The position numbers were made by a program, and so were the translations under genes. The notes under the pieces were generated by a model that saw nothing but the letters and a program-made list of their open reading frames with translations, did no database searches and was not told the DNA's origin. A stretch of DNA of 58,519 nucleotides from an uncultured Rhodopirellula sp. (lineage in GTDB: Bacteria; Planctomycetota; Planctomycetia; Pirellulales; Pirellulaceae), in contig CAXGAI010000027.1 in assembly GCA_964007735.1 (NCBI GenBank), forward strand, positions 1-58,519, written 5' to 3'. This document shows, one piece after another, positions 8,732 through 18,846 of this stretch (position 1 is its first letter; every line of letters begins with the position of its first letter).

Positions 8732-10479
8732 ATCGAATCTGCAGCCGGTTTCCAGTCTTCGAGATGGAGTTCCACATTGCGCTGGCCGCGAAAATCGTTT
8801 ATGACCGGTTTGAAGACGACATCGATGGGTCCTTGTACTTGGTCTAATTCCTCAGCCCAATCACCTTGCCCAAAAGCGACGGCGCGTAATGTCTTCCCAT
8901 ATTGAGATACTTTCACACTTAGGTGACGTTCTCCGCCTCCCATTCGCTTGGCAGAGCCGGCTACAACGTTGACATTGCTGGTACAAAGTAGGGGAGCGGG
9001 GTTTGCTTCACCGAACGGACCGAGCTGTTGCATTTGATAGATTGTCTGAGGGGTGAGTTGGCTCAGCGAAGCCTCTGCGTCGATCACCACTTCCACAATT
9101 CGATCTTCTTCAGTAATGCTTTCCTGAATGTATTCACAAAAAGCTGAGCGAAATATGTCGACTTGATTTTCGTCAATCGTGAGCCCCGCAGCAGCAGCAT
9201 GCCCTCCGTGTTTAATCAGGTGTTCCGTGCAGTGTTGCAGAGTTTCGTGAAGATTGCCGATCCCGCCGTTGCGCGCCGAACCAATTCCGGGTTTGACTCC
9301 CATTTGGTCGAGAGCAATCAGGATGACAGGGCGCCCGTATTTCTCTGCAAGTCTTCCACTTACCACGCCGATCACACCGGCATTCCAGCCGTGGCCCGCC
9401 AAAACAAAGGCCGGGTCATTTTCGGTGTACTTTTCTTTGATTTGCTTAACAGCCGCAAGGTTGATACTGCGTTCAATTTTTTTGCGGTCTTCATTTAGAT
9501 TGTCTAAATAGTCGGCCAGTTCCTGAGCTCGTTGTTGATCATCGGTAACAAGTAATTCCACCCCCAAGGGCGCTTGTCCTAAACGACCGGCAGCATTCAG
9601 TCGGGGGCCGATATTAAAACCGATGTCCTGAGCATCAAATTGTTTCTTGTTGGCCAGACCGGTCAGTTTCATCAAGGCTGCTAAGCCAAGCGGAGGTCGG
9701 TTTTTGAGGCTTCGCAGACCATGCGTGACAAGAATACGGTTTTCGTCTTGCAAAGGGACGACGTCAGCCACGGTACCAATCGCTGCTATACCCACTGCCA
9801 TCATTAGAAAGTCGCGGTGAGCGGGCTTTACGCGTGTTGCTTCGCTGTCCAGCTTGCACAATGCCCAGGCTAATTTTAGAGCTACGGCTGCTCCACACAG
9901 ACCTCCAAAAGGATAGTCCGTTTCCGGTAGTCTCGGATGTACAATCGCATCTGCCTCAGGTAAGCGGTCTGCAAATTCATGGTGGTCAGTCACTACGACC
10001 TGCATGCCAAGTTCTTTTGCGACGGCAATCTCATCGGCGTTCGCAATGCCACAATCTACGGATATGATGAATTCGAATCCCTGATCGTGATGACGTCTGA
10101 TTTGGTTGGCACTCAGACCATATCCGTCCGACATGCGATTGGGCGCAAAATAGGCCACGTTTGCTTGCAGTAGGTTTAGACAGCGATAGAGGATAGCCGA
10201 GGCAGTCATCCCATCAGCATCGTAGTCACCATAAATAAGAATCTTCTTGCCGTCTTTAACTGCCTGATAGATCAGTGCAGACGCTTCCGGGATTCCAGGT
10301 AGGTTTTCAGGGTCGCGTAGACCTGAGAGCTTGGCTTCGATAAACGAGGAAATGTCATCCGCACGATCAATACCTCGATTCAACAAGAGCATGGCTACCA
10401 CTGTGGGGATTTGAGCCTGAGCTTCCAGCTGCTCTACCTGATCAGGATCAAAGGGGAGTATTCGCCAACGTTTTTGCAT
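8728..10479 (-). CDS. recJ: Single-stranded-DNA-specific exonuclease RecJ
   Basis: YGDYDADG, SVDCG, TDHH, GTVADVV, PRLNAAGR, GGHAAAAG. Start placed at ATG 10479 (MQKRW) rather than 10533; convergent 4-bp overlap with the tricorn stop. Confidence 0.96.
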   Translation of the reverse strand: MQKRWRILPFDPDQVEQLEAQAQIPTVVAMLLLNRGIDRADDISSFIEAKLSGLRDPENLPGIPEASALIYQAVKDGKKILIYGDYDADGMTASAILYRCLNLLQANVAYFAPNRMSDGYGLSANQIRRHHDQGFEFIISVDCGIANADEIAVAKELGMQVVVTDHHEFADRLPEADAIVHPRLPETDYPFGGLCGAAVALKLAWALCKLDSEATRVKPAHRDFLMMAVGIAAIGTVADVVPLQDENRILVTHGLRSLKNRPPLGLAALMKLTGLANKKQFDAQDIGFNIGPRLNAAGRLGQAPLGVELLVTDDQQRAQELADYLDNLNEDRKKIERSINLAAVKQIKEKYTENDPAFVLAGHGWNAGVIGVVSGRLAEKYGRPVILIALDQMGVKPGIGSARNGGIGNLHETLQHCTEHLIKHGGHAAAAGLTIDENQVDIFRSAFCEYIQESITEEDRIVEVVIDAEASLSQLTPQTIYQMQQLGPFGEANPAPLLCTSNVNVVAGSAKRMGGGERHLSVKVSQYGKTLRAVAFGQGDWAEELDQVQGPIDVVFKPVINDFRGQRNVELHLEDWKPAADSI

Positions 10480-10534
10480 TATCCAAACCATCCGTGCTTT
10501 GAATGACCGATCTTCAGGATCGCGTGCTACCAAT

Positions 10535-10572
10535 AAAAAAGGTTCAGGACTAGTTTACCCAGTCATGAACCT
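10535..10572 (-). terminator. Intrinsic terminator downstream of rpmG
   Basis: Minus strand: aggttcatgact-gggtaaact-agtcctgaacct followed by a T run; one mismatch in the stem. Confidence 0.75.
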
Positions 10573-10670
10573 GTTCGCATCTGTTTTTTTGCCGATTCAA
10601 TACAAGATCTCATCGACTACAGGGTCTCACCGAAGGACCACATCACTCATGTCCCTCTAATGGAGATTTC

Positions 10671-10838
10671 CTATTTTTTCTTTTCTACGTGTACAGTGTG
10701 ACGCCGCAGACGAGGACTGTACTTCTTGAGCGATAGTTTTTCGCCGCCAGGTTTACGTTTCACTGCGTAGTTATAATCACCCGTTTCTTCACAAACGAGG
10801 AAGATAGTTTCAGCTTTCTTTTTACTTCGACCTGCCAT
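10671..10838 (-). CDS. rpmG: 50S ribosomal protein L33, 55 aa (not in ORF track)
   Basis: Manual translation MAGRSKKKAETIFLVCEETGDYNYAVKRKPGGEKLSLKKYSPRLRRHTVHVEKKK; L33 pattern LxLKKYxPxxRxHxxHxE; RBS AAGGTG. Confidence 0.95.
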   Translation of the reverse strand: MAGRSKKKAETIFLVCEETGDYNYAVKRKPGGEKLSLKKYSPRLRRHTVHVEKKK

Positions 10839-11241
10839 GGGATCACCTTATGTAATTCTGGTGCCGTGAATGATATTTCAAACTAACCAATTTAGGGTTA
10901 TTTACTGATTAAAGGACTATTTTAGTCGTGCTGACTGGGCTTTGACAACGGGCAATCTTCTGGTTTTTAGATGACTTTACAAGATGGGTTACACAACTGT
11001 CGCAGTGGTGGATAATTGAGGCTTGTTCGTACTATCAGATCTCGACAGGTTATGGAATGATACTCTGTAGCAGAAAAACCTCATTTTCTAGCCTCCAACT
11101 GCCGTTTAGATACAAAATGTAATGCTTGATTTTTGCGGATTTTCCGATATTTTTAAGAGTAGAGAAGAACTGCCATTTAGCGATGAGCAGATTTGTAAAT
11201 GAGCAAGTGCGTTTTTAGCTTGTTCACGAAGGATAGAGAAT

Positions 11242-12912
11242 ATGTCAGAAGTAAACGATCCAAATCAAGTCCCTAACGAAGACCAGCCTCCTCAGGTTCC
11301 ACCGGCGGTACCTCAGGTAACTCCTCCGGTAGAGCCAGCATTAGTAGCTTCCGTTGCGACGGATGCACAACCTGTGGCGGCTGTTCCGGCTGAAGACCCT
11401 GCTCCGGCCGAAGACCCTTCTGCGGATAAGGAATCTGCGCGTGGAAGTAACTTCTTGTTATTTCAGGCTGTTCCAAGTTGGATGTTTAGTCTTGCAGTTC
11501 ACACGGTCATTTTGGTCGTTCTTGGATTGATGGTACTTGTCGCTCCGGTTGAAGAAATGCCGTCTTTGACTTCCGTGATGACAAAAAATAATTTGATTGA
11601 AGAAATTGTAGACGACCTGACGGAACCAATTGATGAGCCTGTAGAGATTACTCCTACAGAAACACTTGAAGTGGAAACGGAAGTTAATCCGATTGAGGAT
11701 GTGTCGGAAGTCGAAGAAATCGAAATTGCAGATGATGTGGAAGCACCAGTGGCTTCTGTTGAATTTGAAAATATTGCCAATCAGGTCGCTCCGCAAACAG
11801 ACCTGCTGTCATCAACCGAGTCAGTGGTTGGTTCAGGACTATCGGGAAGAGGGGCTGAAGCTCGAGGCGCTATGGTACGTGAGTATGGTGGAACCAAAGA
11901 AAGTGAAGCAGCGGTGGCTATGGCACTCAAATGGATTGCTAATCACCAGAATCCGGATGGAGGTTGGAGCTTTGACCATACTGCTGACGGTCGCCGTAAT
12001 TGTACTTGTGGCAATATTGGAACCCTGAAAACATCGTTCAATGGGGCTACGGCGATGGCATTGCTCCCATTCCTGGGAGCCGGCAACACCCATAAGAAAG
12101 GTGAGTACAAAAAACAGGTAGAGGCTGGTTTGTATTATCTTACCCGTAGCATGAAAGTGAATGGCGCCACTGGTGATTTGACAGATGCGGGCGGTCGAAT
12201 GTATTCCCACGGTCTATGTGCAATCACATTAACTGAAGCATTTGCAATGACGAAAGATCGCCAATTGATGGCACCTGCGCAGATGTCTCTCAACTTTATT
12301 ACCTATGCTCAGGATCCGGTCGGTGGTGGTTGGCGTTATAAACCTCGTCAGGCAGGTGACACTTCCGTTGTTGGTTGGCAGTTGATGGCTCTGAAAAGTG
12401 GGCATATGGCCTATTTGAATGTTCCTAAAAACACGATTGCCGGGTGCTACAAATTTCTGGATAGTGTTCAGGCAAATAGTGGGGCAACCTATGGGTATAC
12501 CTCCCCTGGTGGTGGACATGCAACAACGGCTGTTGGTTTGCTTTGTCGTATGTACTTAGGTTGGAAGAAAGATGAACCCGCTTTAATTAGGGGGGTTGAG
12601 ACCATTTCTAAATGGGCTCCTAGTAAGGGCGATATGTATTTTAACTACTATGCAACGCAGGTTATGCGACACCATGGTGGCCCACTATGGGATAAATGGA
12701 ACAAAACTATGCGTGATCACTTGGTGGCGACTCAGGAAACTGGAAAAGGTCAATGTGCAAATACTGGTAGCTGGAATATGGGTGCAGGCCATGGGGCTCG
12801 AGTCGGTGGGCGTCTTTACAATACAGCTCTGGCGACGATGATTTTGGAAGTTTACTATCGCCACATGCCGATCTACGCGCAACAGGCCGCCGAAGACGAC
12901 TTCCCACTGTAA
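11242..12912 (+). CDS. Membrane-anchored prenyltransferase/squalene-oxidase-repeat (alpha/alpha barrel) protein
   Basis: TM segment (SWMFSLAVHTVILVVLG), acidic linker, QNPDGGW / QDPVGGGWRY repeats, GGRLYNTA...LEVYYRH C-terminus. Confidence 0.85.
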   Translation: MSEVNDPNQVPNEDQPPQVPPAVPQVTPPVEPALVASVATDAQPVAAVPAEDPAPAEDPSADKESARGSNFLLFQAVPSWMFSLAVHTVILVVLGLMVLVAPVEEMPSLTSVMTKNNLIEEIVDDLTEPIDEPVEITPTETLEVETEVNPIEDVSEVEEIEIADDVEAPVASVEFENIANQVAPQTDLLSSTESVVGSGLSGRGAEARGAMVREYGGTKESEAAVAMALKWIANHQNPDGGWSFDHTADGRRNCTCGNIGTLKTSFNGATAMALLPFLGAGNTHKKGEYKKQVEAGLYYLTRSMKVNGATGDLTDAGGRMYSHGLCAITLTEAFAMTKDRQLMAPAQMSLNFITYAQDPVGGGWRYKPRQAGDTSVVGWQLMALKSGHMAYLNVPKNTIAGCYKFLDSVQANSGATYGYTSPGGGHATTAVGLLCRMYLGWKKDEPALIRGVETISKWAPSKGDMYFNYYATQVMRHHGGPLWDKWNKTMRDHLVATQETGKGQCANTGSWNMGAGHGARVGGRLYNTALATMILEVYYRHMPIYAQQAAEDDFPL

Positions 12913-12960
12913 AGTGCGAGCTTTCTCTTGTTACGATGCCTTTCATAAGGACAAGCCTTA

Positions 12961-13710
12961 ATGCGCATCATTCCTGTATTGGATGTGTTAAGTGGCGAAG
13001 TTGTTCGCGGTATTGCTGGCCAGAGAGACAGTTATCAGCCGGTGAAAAGCATTCTTACTCCGAACTCGGATGCATATTCGATTTGTGAAGCGTTCGATAA
13101 GCAATTTGGTATTACTGAATATTACGTTGCTGATCTAGACGGCATTGAACGAGATGCGCCAAATATTGATGTGCTGCTCAGCCTCCAGAGTTTGCACTAT
13201 CGCATTTGGCTCGATGCCGGATTCTCATCAGTGGAAAAGTTAAACTCATTGCAATCTAGTCTCTCGTTAGATTTTCTTGACCGTATCATTGTTGGGTTGG
13301 AGTGTTGTCCGGACATATCGAGTTTGGAGGCTCTTCTGAAAGTGGTTGGGCCTGAGCGATTAGTGTTTAGTCTGGATTTGAAAAATGGTCTGCCGCTTTT
13401 GCCAGCCGATGTAAGTGCAGGTTGGATGCAGGCTACTTCGATCCAAATTGCACAGCAGGTTGTAGAGTTAGGTGTCAGCACGGCGATTGTTTTAGACCTT
13501 GCCGCCGTTGGAGTGGGGCAGGGTACTCCAACGCTGGATCTTTGCAGGCAACTCAAGCAAAAATATCCCGAATTGGAGTTAATTACAGGCGGGGGCGTGA
13601 ACTCGGTAGCCGATCTTGCCAGACTTGAGTCGAGTTGTGACGGCGTACTCGTCGCATCTGCATTGCATGATGGACGGCTGACGAAAGAAGATCTACAGAC
13701 GTACGCTTAA
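12961..13710 (+). CDS. HisA/HisF-related TIM-barrel protein (archaeal/C1-cluster type, orf17-like)
   Basis: MRIIPVLD..G.VVRG.AG.R..YQP, YVADLDGI, DAG, SLDLK, LDLAAVG, GGGV, VASALHDG; not in a his operon. Confidence 0.8.
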   Translation: MRIIPVLDVLSGEVVRGIAGQRDSYQPVKSILTPNSDAYSICEAFDKQFGITEYYVADLDGIERDAPNIDVLLSLQSLHYRIWLDAGFSSVEKLNSLQSSLSLDFLDRIIVGLECCPDISSLEALLKVVGPERLVFSLDLKNGLPLLPADVSAGWMQATSIQIAQQVVELGVSTAIVLDLAAVGVGQGTPTLDLCRQLKQKYPELELITGGGVNSVADLARLESSCDGVLVASALHDGRLTKEDLQTYA

Positions 13711-13726
13711 TTGCTTTCGGTAGAAA

Positions 13727-14503
13727 CTAATCCCACTCCGGAGTTTCCTTCCTGAGAAAAGCGCTGATCCCCACATTTGCGTGGGAAGTCGTGCGAGCTG
13801 CCGCAGTCATCGCACCACTGACCTGAAGTTGAGTTTCGAGTTGATCGGCTAAAGATTCATTGAGCAAACGCTTTGTCATTTGAATAGATTGTGATGAGGT
13901 CGACTCAATCTCAAGGACTAATTCGTGAGCACGAGCCCAAACGAGTTCTGCTTCCACGACATCATGTATCAGCCCCATCTGCAAGCCGACTTCTGCGGAG
14001 AGGGGTTCTCCCGTAATCGAGTATCGTGTGGCGATCGCAGCACCTGCTCGGAAATTCAGCATAGTGACAGCACTTCCAGCGGCGAGTCCTAGTTTAACTT
14101 CTGACAGCTGAAGCGTCGCCTGTTTAGCAGCGATCACAAAATCACATGCCAGAGCTAAGGCGGCAGCGGATCCGATAGCCGGGCCATTTAAAGCCGCAAT
14201 GATGGGTTTTGGAAATCGTAACATAGCCAGCAGTAATTCGTTTAATAACTCAATATCCTGATGCGACGCCTGCGCTTCCCGTTGTAATTCCGTATTCAAT
14301 TGTTTCAAATCGGTTCCGGCAGAGAACACATTCCCGGAACCGGTTAGGATAATTGCACGAACGTTTTTTTCCTGATGCAGATCATCCAAAGCTTGACGCA
14401 GTTGTAAGTACCCAAAGGTTGGAATTGCATTGGCCTGCGATGGATTGTTCATCACAATTGTGCCACTAGGGACATTTTTACGAATATCGACGATCGACTG
14501 CAT
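13727..14503 (-). CDS. Enoyl-CoA hydratase/isomerase family protein
   Basis: FSAGTDL, PKPIIAALNGPAIG, LALACD, SEVKLG. Confidence 0.9.
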   Translation of the reverse strand: MQSIVDIRKNVPSGTIVMNNPSQANAIPTFGYLQLRQALDDLHQEKNVRAIILTGSGNVFSAGTDLKQLNTELQREAQASHQDIELLNELLLAMLRFPKPIIAALNGPAIGSAAALALACDFVIAAKQATLQLSEVKLGLAAGSAVTMLNFRAGAAIATRYSITGEPLSAEVGLQMGLIHDVVEAELVWARAHELVLEIESTSSQSIQMTKRLLNESLADQLETQLQVSGAMTAAARTTSHANVGISAFLRKETPEWD

Positions 14504-14667
14504 TGTGTTTACTCCAAAGAAAAGCCCCCTCTTCTTGACGGGATGACAAGGAACGATTCAAGATAATATTTATTGCTCTAATTGATCCTAGCCGATAATC
14601 TGAAGGTAGTGCTTACGTATTCACTAAGCAAGTTCAGCGTGTTAAAAAATCAAACTGAAATGCCGTT

Positions 14668-16122
14668 ATGACTTCTGCTCATTTTCCTCAACATAAGCGA
14701 CATGCTTTCACGTCGCTTCACGGTCGTACCCGTGAAGGATTAGTACTGCATGACCGTCGAGGTATGTTGAAAGCGAGTATGGCGGGATTGGCCGGCTTAT
14801 CGCTACCAGGGTTATTGAAAAATCATGCCTTGGCTAATTCGGTAGGTCGACCATCAAGTAAAGGTAAAAGTGTTATTCTCCTTTGGATGGCTGGTGGACC
14901 ATCGCATATTGATACATGGGATCCCAAGCCGGACCGTCCGTATGAAAATCGTGGACCCTTTGGTGTGACCAGTACGAGATTGCCTGGTGTCCATCTTTGT
15001 GAGCATTTGCCCAAGCAGGCTGCGCTGCTTGATAAGATATCCATTCTTCGTAGCGTGGATTGCCGGGGTAGTAACCACCAACCTAACAAGGTTATGCAGA
15101 CTGGTGATCGTACAGCAGCGCCTCGGACGAATCCTAAGGGAGATCGAATCCCTTGCTTCGCATCAATCATTGCGAAGCAAAAGGGAGCCAACGATCCGTC
15201 GATGCCAGCTTATGTGGCATTTGAGAAGCATCATTCCCATGTCGGCTATGCTGGTTACTTAGGCCGAAAGTATAATCCGTTTCTGGCTAATAAAGCCTGC
15301 CGATTGCCCGTCTATACAAATGTCGGTGTGAATACCGGCCAAATGTCAGGCGCAGATATGTTTGCAATGCCTTCCGGACTGACCGTCGATCGTATTTACA
15401 ATCGTCGTAAGCTTGTGAAACAGTTTGATCGCATGAAGAGTGGGCTGGACATTCAGGGTGATATGGATGCTTATGACGAGTACGGCCAGCAGGCGGCAGA
15501 TATGCTTTTAGGTCGTAAAGCTCAGGAAGCTTTTGATATTACCCGTGAACCACAAAAGTACCGCGACTTATATGGAGACCATTTGTGGTGCCAGCAAGTC
15601 TTAATTGCTCGCCGGCTTGTTGAAGCTGGAGTTAGTTTTGTAACGCTTGATCTTAGTCACCACACCGCTTCCGGCACCTGGGATAATCACGGTATTCCAG
15701 GAGGAGTTTACGGTGGTATCAGTAAAGGACTGGGGCCGTTATTACCATTATTTGATCACTTCTACACCACCCTGATTACGGACTTAGAGCAGCGTGGGCT
15801 ATTAGATGACACCTTGGTGATAGCGATGGGCGAATTTGGCCGTACTCCAAATATTGGTACTCAGGAAAGTGTGGACGGACGGAACCACTGGCCGGTTGTC
15901 ATGAGTATGTGCTTGGCCGGTGGTGGTCTGCGACATGGTCAGGTGATTGGATCGAGTGAGCGTGATGGCAGTGATGTCCGGACCCGTCCAATTACTCCGG
16001 GAGATATCGGAGCGACGATTTATAAGCATATGGGAATCCCTTTGGATGTTACCTATGAAGATGAAAAAGGACGCCCTAACTTCTCAATCATTGATGGGAA
16101 GCCCCTCAAAGAGCTTTTCTAA
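14668..16122 (+). CDS. DUF1501 domain protein
   Basis: DRRGMLK Tat-like motif; WMAGGPSHIDTWDPKP, ARRLVEAGV, WDNH, GEFGRTP, GRNHW. Confidence 0.92.
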   Translation: MTSAHFPQHKRHAFTSLHGRTREGLVLHDRRGMLKASMAGLAGLSLPGLLKNHALANSVGRPSSKGKSVILLWMAGGPSHIDTWDPKPDRPYENRGPFGVTSTRLPGVHLCEHLPKQAALLDKISILRSVDCRGSNHQPNKVMQTGDRTAAPRTNPKGDRIPCFASIIAKQKGANDPSMPAYVAFEKHHSHVGYAGYLGRKYNPFLANKACRLPVYTNVGVNTGQMSGADMFAMPSGLTVDRIYNRRKLVKQFDRMKSGLDIQGDMDAYDEYGQQAADMLLGRKAQEAFDITREPQKYRDLYGDHLWCQQVLIARRLVEAGVSFVTLDLSHHTASGTWDNHGIPGGVYGGISKGLGPLLPLFDHFYTTLITDLEQRGLLDDTLVIAMGEFGRTPNIGTQESVDGRNHWPVVMSMCLAGGGLRHGQVIGSSERDGSDVRTRPITPGDIGATIYKHMGIPLDVTYEDEKGRPNFSIIDGKPLKELF

Positions 16123-16338
16123 CTACGGTCAACCAAACCGTGCGGTCAAGTGAAGCGCAAGATAGTCGTTTTTTCTTTCGCCGATTATAGCAGTCATACC
16201 GGTTCTGCTTGTTGATAGAAAAATCTGAAGATTCATTGCTGCAGTTGGCCGATACGATAGATACCTATTAATAGAATCTATCGGCGAATGGATGCGTCGA
16301 GTCCCTTTTGTAACTCATGGATTGAGGGGCTCAGTATT

Positions 16339-17775
16339 ATGAAACGACACATCCACATTATTTCTATCATTCGCCATGCCGTGCTTGGTAGCTTCCTCGC
16401 TGCTTTGGTTCTCAGTTTGTCCGTCCCTCGTGTTAGTGCGGCAGAGATTTCCCCGGATACACCTCATCCTGCAGTTGCCAGGATTATGTCTTTGGAAACA
16501 AATGCTGCATCTTTTGGCTCAGGTACATTAATTTACAAACAGGGTAAACATGCTCTGCTGGTTACGAATCACCATGTCATCAGAGATTCAAAAGAAGAAA
16601 TTCTAGTCTCATTTCCAAATGGTTTTCGCTCCTCTGCCAAAGTCGTGGCAAGTGATCCAACCTGGGATTTGGCAGCATTACTCATCTGGAGTCCATCGAT
16701 AGATGCTGTACAGATTACAAAAAAGGCGCCACAGTCAGGTGATGAATTGACTATTGCCGGCTACGGTTCAGGCCGATACCGCGCGGTCTCGGGGATTTGT
16801 TCTCAATATGTTTCTCCAGGCTTAAGCCAGCCTCATGAAATGGTGGAGCTAAAAGCCGTGGCAAGACAGGGAGATTCCGGCGGTCCGATTTTTAATCAGG
16901 ACGGAGAACTGGCAGGTGTTCTGTTCGGGGCAGGATGGAGAACGACGGCTGGTAGTTATAGCGGGCGGGTTAAAAAATTTCTTGACCCGGTTGTTGGAAG
17001 AATGCAAAAGTCTGCTGTCGAGAAACAGTCCGTTGAATTGCCTTCGAATGAATCGCCCGTTTCAGCATCTGCGGCAGAGAGTTCACAGCCCAAAGCTAAA
17101 ATAACTGGGTTAACGGTCGATCAAACCGCTGTAAATCAGCATTCCCCAAACACTTCCGGCAATACCGGCGTGGATGATCACGAGGGAATTGCCGCCAAAA
17201 ATGACTCGATGGATGAAGATGCCGTAGCCGGCATTGCAGTCAGTCCGAATCCGAGTATTGCTCCGCTGCCAAAAACGGCCGGATCTTCAACGACAATTGA
17301 GGATCAGGTGGTTGAAAAAGGCCCCGACTCCAGGTCTTCTGAACCTGCGATCGAGCCAGCAGAGGGAGAGGCAATATTAGTGGATCAGAGTTATTTTGAA
17401 TCGCAAGCTTTGGAGCCGAAGGAATCGGAAATACAGGTTTCGGAATTACCTGAAACTCCGGGCAAGCAGATTGAATATGATTCTCAATTTCCGACGGCAC
17501 AACAGGATGAAGATGCCCAATCTGCTGCTGATACGTCAGAAGAGCTTCAAGTAGAAGGAAGTACCAGAGATGTGAGCCAGTTCTCGTCAACGGATCAGCC
17601 AGAGAGAGTAATGGATAGGACTACCGGAATTGATCTAAGTCCTGAATCATTGGAGTCTAATGAAACAGTGATTGGCTGGAAACAACTGGCCGGAGAAACG
17701 CTATTACAGCAAATCCGCACCGTGTTAGCTGGTATTGGTTTCTTGGCGGTTGTTGTGCAGTTGGCCCGTCGGTAA
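16339..17775 (+). CDS. Trypsin-like (S1) serine protease with long acidic tail and C-terminal membrane anchor
   Basis: Triad motifs TNHHV, WDLA, GDSGGP; signal peptide after ATG 16339 (RBS GAGGGG); ends VLAGIGFLAVVVQLARR. Confidence 0.85.
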   Translation: MKRHIHIISIIRHAVLGSFLAALVLSLSVPRVSAAEISPDTPHPAVARIMSLETNAASFGSGTLIYKQGKHALLVTNHHVIRDSKEEILVSFPNGFRSSAKVVASDPTWDLAALLIWSPSIDAVQITKKAPQSGDELTIAGYGSGRYRAVSGICSQYVSPGLSQPHEMVELKAVARQGDSGGPIFNQDGELAGVLFGAGWRTTAGSYSGRVKKFLDPVVGRMQKSAVEKQSVELPSNESPVSASAAESSQPKAKITGLTVDQTAVNQHSPNTSGNTGVDDHEGIAAKNDSMDEDAVAGIAVSPNPSIAPLPKTAGSSTTIEDQVVEKGPDSRSSEPAIEPAEGEAILVDQSYFESQALEPKESEIQVSELPETPGKQIEYDSQFPTAQQDEDAQSAADTSEELQVEGSTRDVSQFSSTDQPERVMDRTTGIDLSPESLESNETVIGWKQLAGETLLQQIRTVLAGIGFLAVVVQLARR

Positions 17776-17876
17776 GTTTACGTCATCAACTTCCAGTTCA
17801 TGTTCAATCGTCACGTGTTCAATTGCAGTATAATGATGGCTTGCCTCTTTTCGATTTAATCAAAGCCATGAAGGCC

Positions 17877-18836
17877 ATGCAGACAAAGTTTGACCCACAA
17901 GATCGCCGGTATTTCATCCATAGTTCGTTAGCGACCACGGCAGCCGCCGCCATGATGGCACATCTTCCCGTGACTGCAGCTGAAGCTAGTGATTCAATGA
18001 CGCTTGGGTTTAGTACGTACGGTTCGCGAGGAATCACAACCGAAGCAGTGATTCCAATACTTGCAAAGACAGGCTACGATGCCATTGAAATCACCTGCAC
18101 GAAAGGATTTGATGCTGCTCCTGAGAAGGTTTCAGTTGAAAGACGGAAGATTATCCGCAAAGCTTTGATCGATACAGGGTTAAAGTTGACATCGATCATG
18201 GAACATACGACCCCTCAGGAAAGTGAAAAGATCAACGATGCAAATTTGGTTCGGATTCAACGAACGGCTGAATTTGTGTCGGATATCACTGAAGAAAAAG
18301 AGGTGGTCATTCAGACGGTACTGGGGGGAGGTGACTGGGAGAACAGGAGAAGTCTTTTCGTTGAACAGATTGGACGATGGGTGGAACAGACGCAAGGTTC
18401 GCCCACTCTCATCTGTATTAAACCCCATCGTGGTGGAGGGATGGATACCCCGGAAAAAGCTCTCTGGATTATGAACCAACTGAAACACCCAAAGCGTCTC
18501 CGAATGGTGTACGATTATAGCCACTACATATACACGGGCCTTGAGCTCGTACCAACAATTAAGCAAGCAGCTAAGAAAACCGCCCATATTGCGGTGAAAG
18601 ATACTGTCAAACAAGACGATGGAGGGTTCCGTTTTGAACTTCCGGGAACAGCAGGTACTATCAATTTTGCGAAGTTGATCAAGCAATTCTACGCATTAGG
18701 CTATCGCGGTGATATTTCTTGTGAAGTTTCCGGAATGGTGTGGAGTCAACCAGGATATGATCCACAGGCTGCCATTAAAGTTTGTTACGAGAACATTTCC
18801 AAGGCTTTTCGGCTTGCCGGTGTACCTCGAGGGTAA
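17877..18836 (+). CDS. Tat-exported sugar phosphate isomerase/epimerase (xylose-isomerase-like TIM barrel)
   Basis: DRRYF Tat motif; GYDAIE, YDYSH, HIAVKD, GYRGDISCE. Start uncertain (17868 or 17877); TATAAT at 17829. Confidence 0.82.
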   Translation: MQTKFDPQDRRYFIHSSLATTAAAAMMAHLPVTAAEASDSMTLGFSTYGSRGITTEAVIPILAKTGYDAIEITCTKGFDAAPEKVSVERRKIIRKALIDTGLKLTSIMEHTTPQESEKINDANLVRIQRTAEFVSDITEEKEVVIQTVLGGGDWENRRSLFVEQIGRWVEQTQGSPTLICIKPHRGGGMDTPEKALWIMNQLKHPKRLRMVYDYSHYIYTGLELVPTIKQAAKKTAHIAVKDTVKQDDGGFRFELPGTAGTINFAKLIKQFYALGYRGDISCEVSGMVWSQPGYDPQAAIKVCYENISKAFRLAGVPRG

Positions 18837-18846
18837 GCGTTTCGTT

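Noticed and set aside
11242..12912. Squalene-hopene or oxidosqualene cyclase
   Set aside because: Single barrel after a TM segment and linker, no DXDD/DCTAE motif; fits the common planctomycete prenyltransferase-like family.
14591..16255. GCCGAT(A/T) boxes at about 14591, 16180 and 16248 as sigma-28 promoters
   Set aside because: No TAAA -35 element at the canonical spacing; cannot be supported.
18709..18846. N-terminal extension of the cytochrome ORF overlapping the isomerase gene
   Set aside because: A 128-bp overlap is unlikely, and the signal peptide follows ATG 18847.
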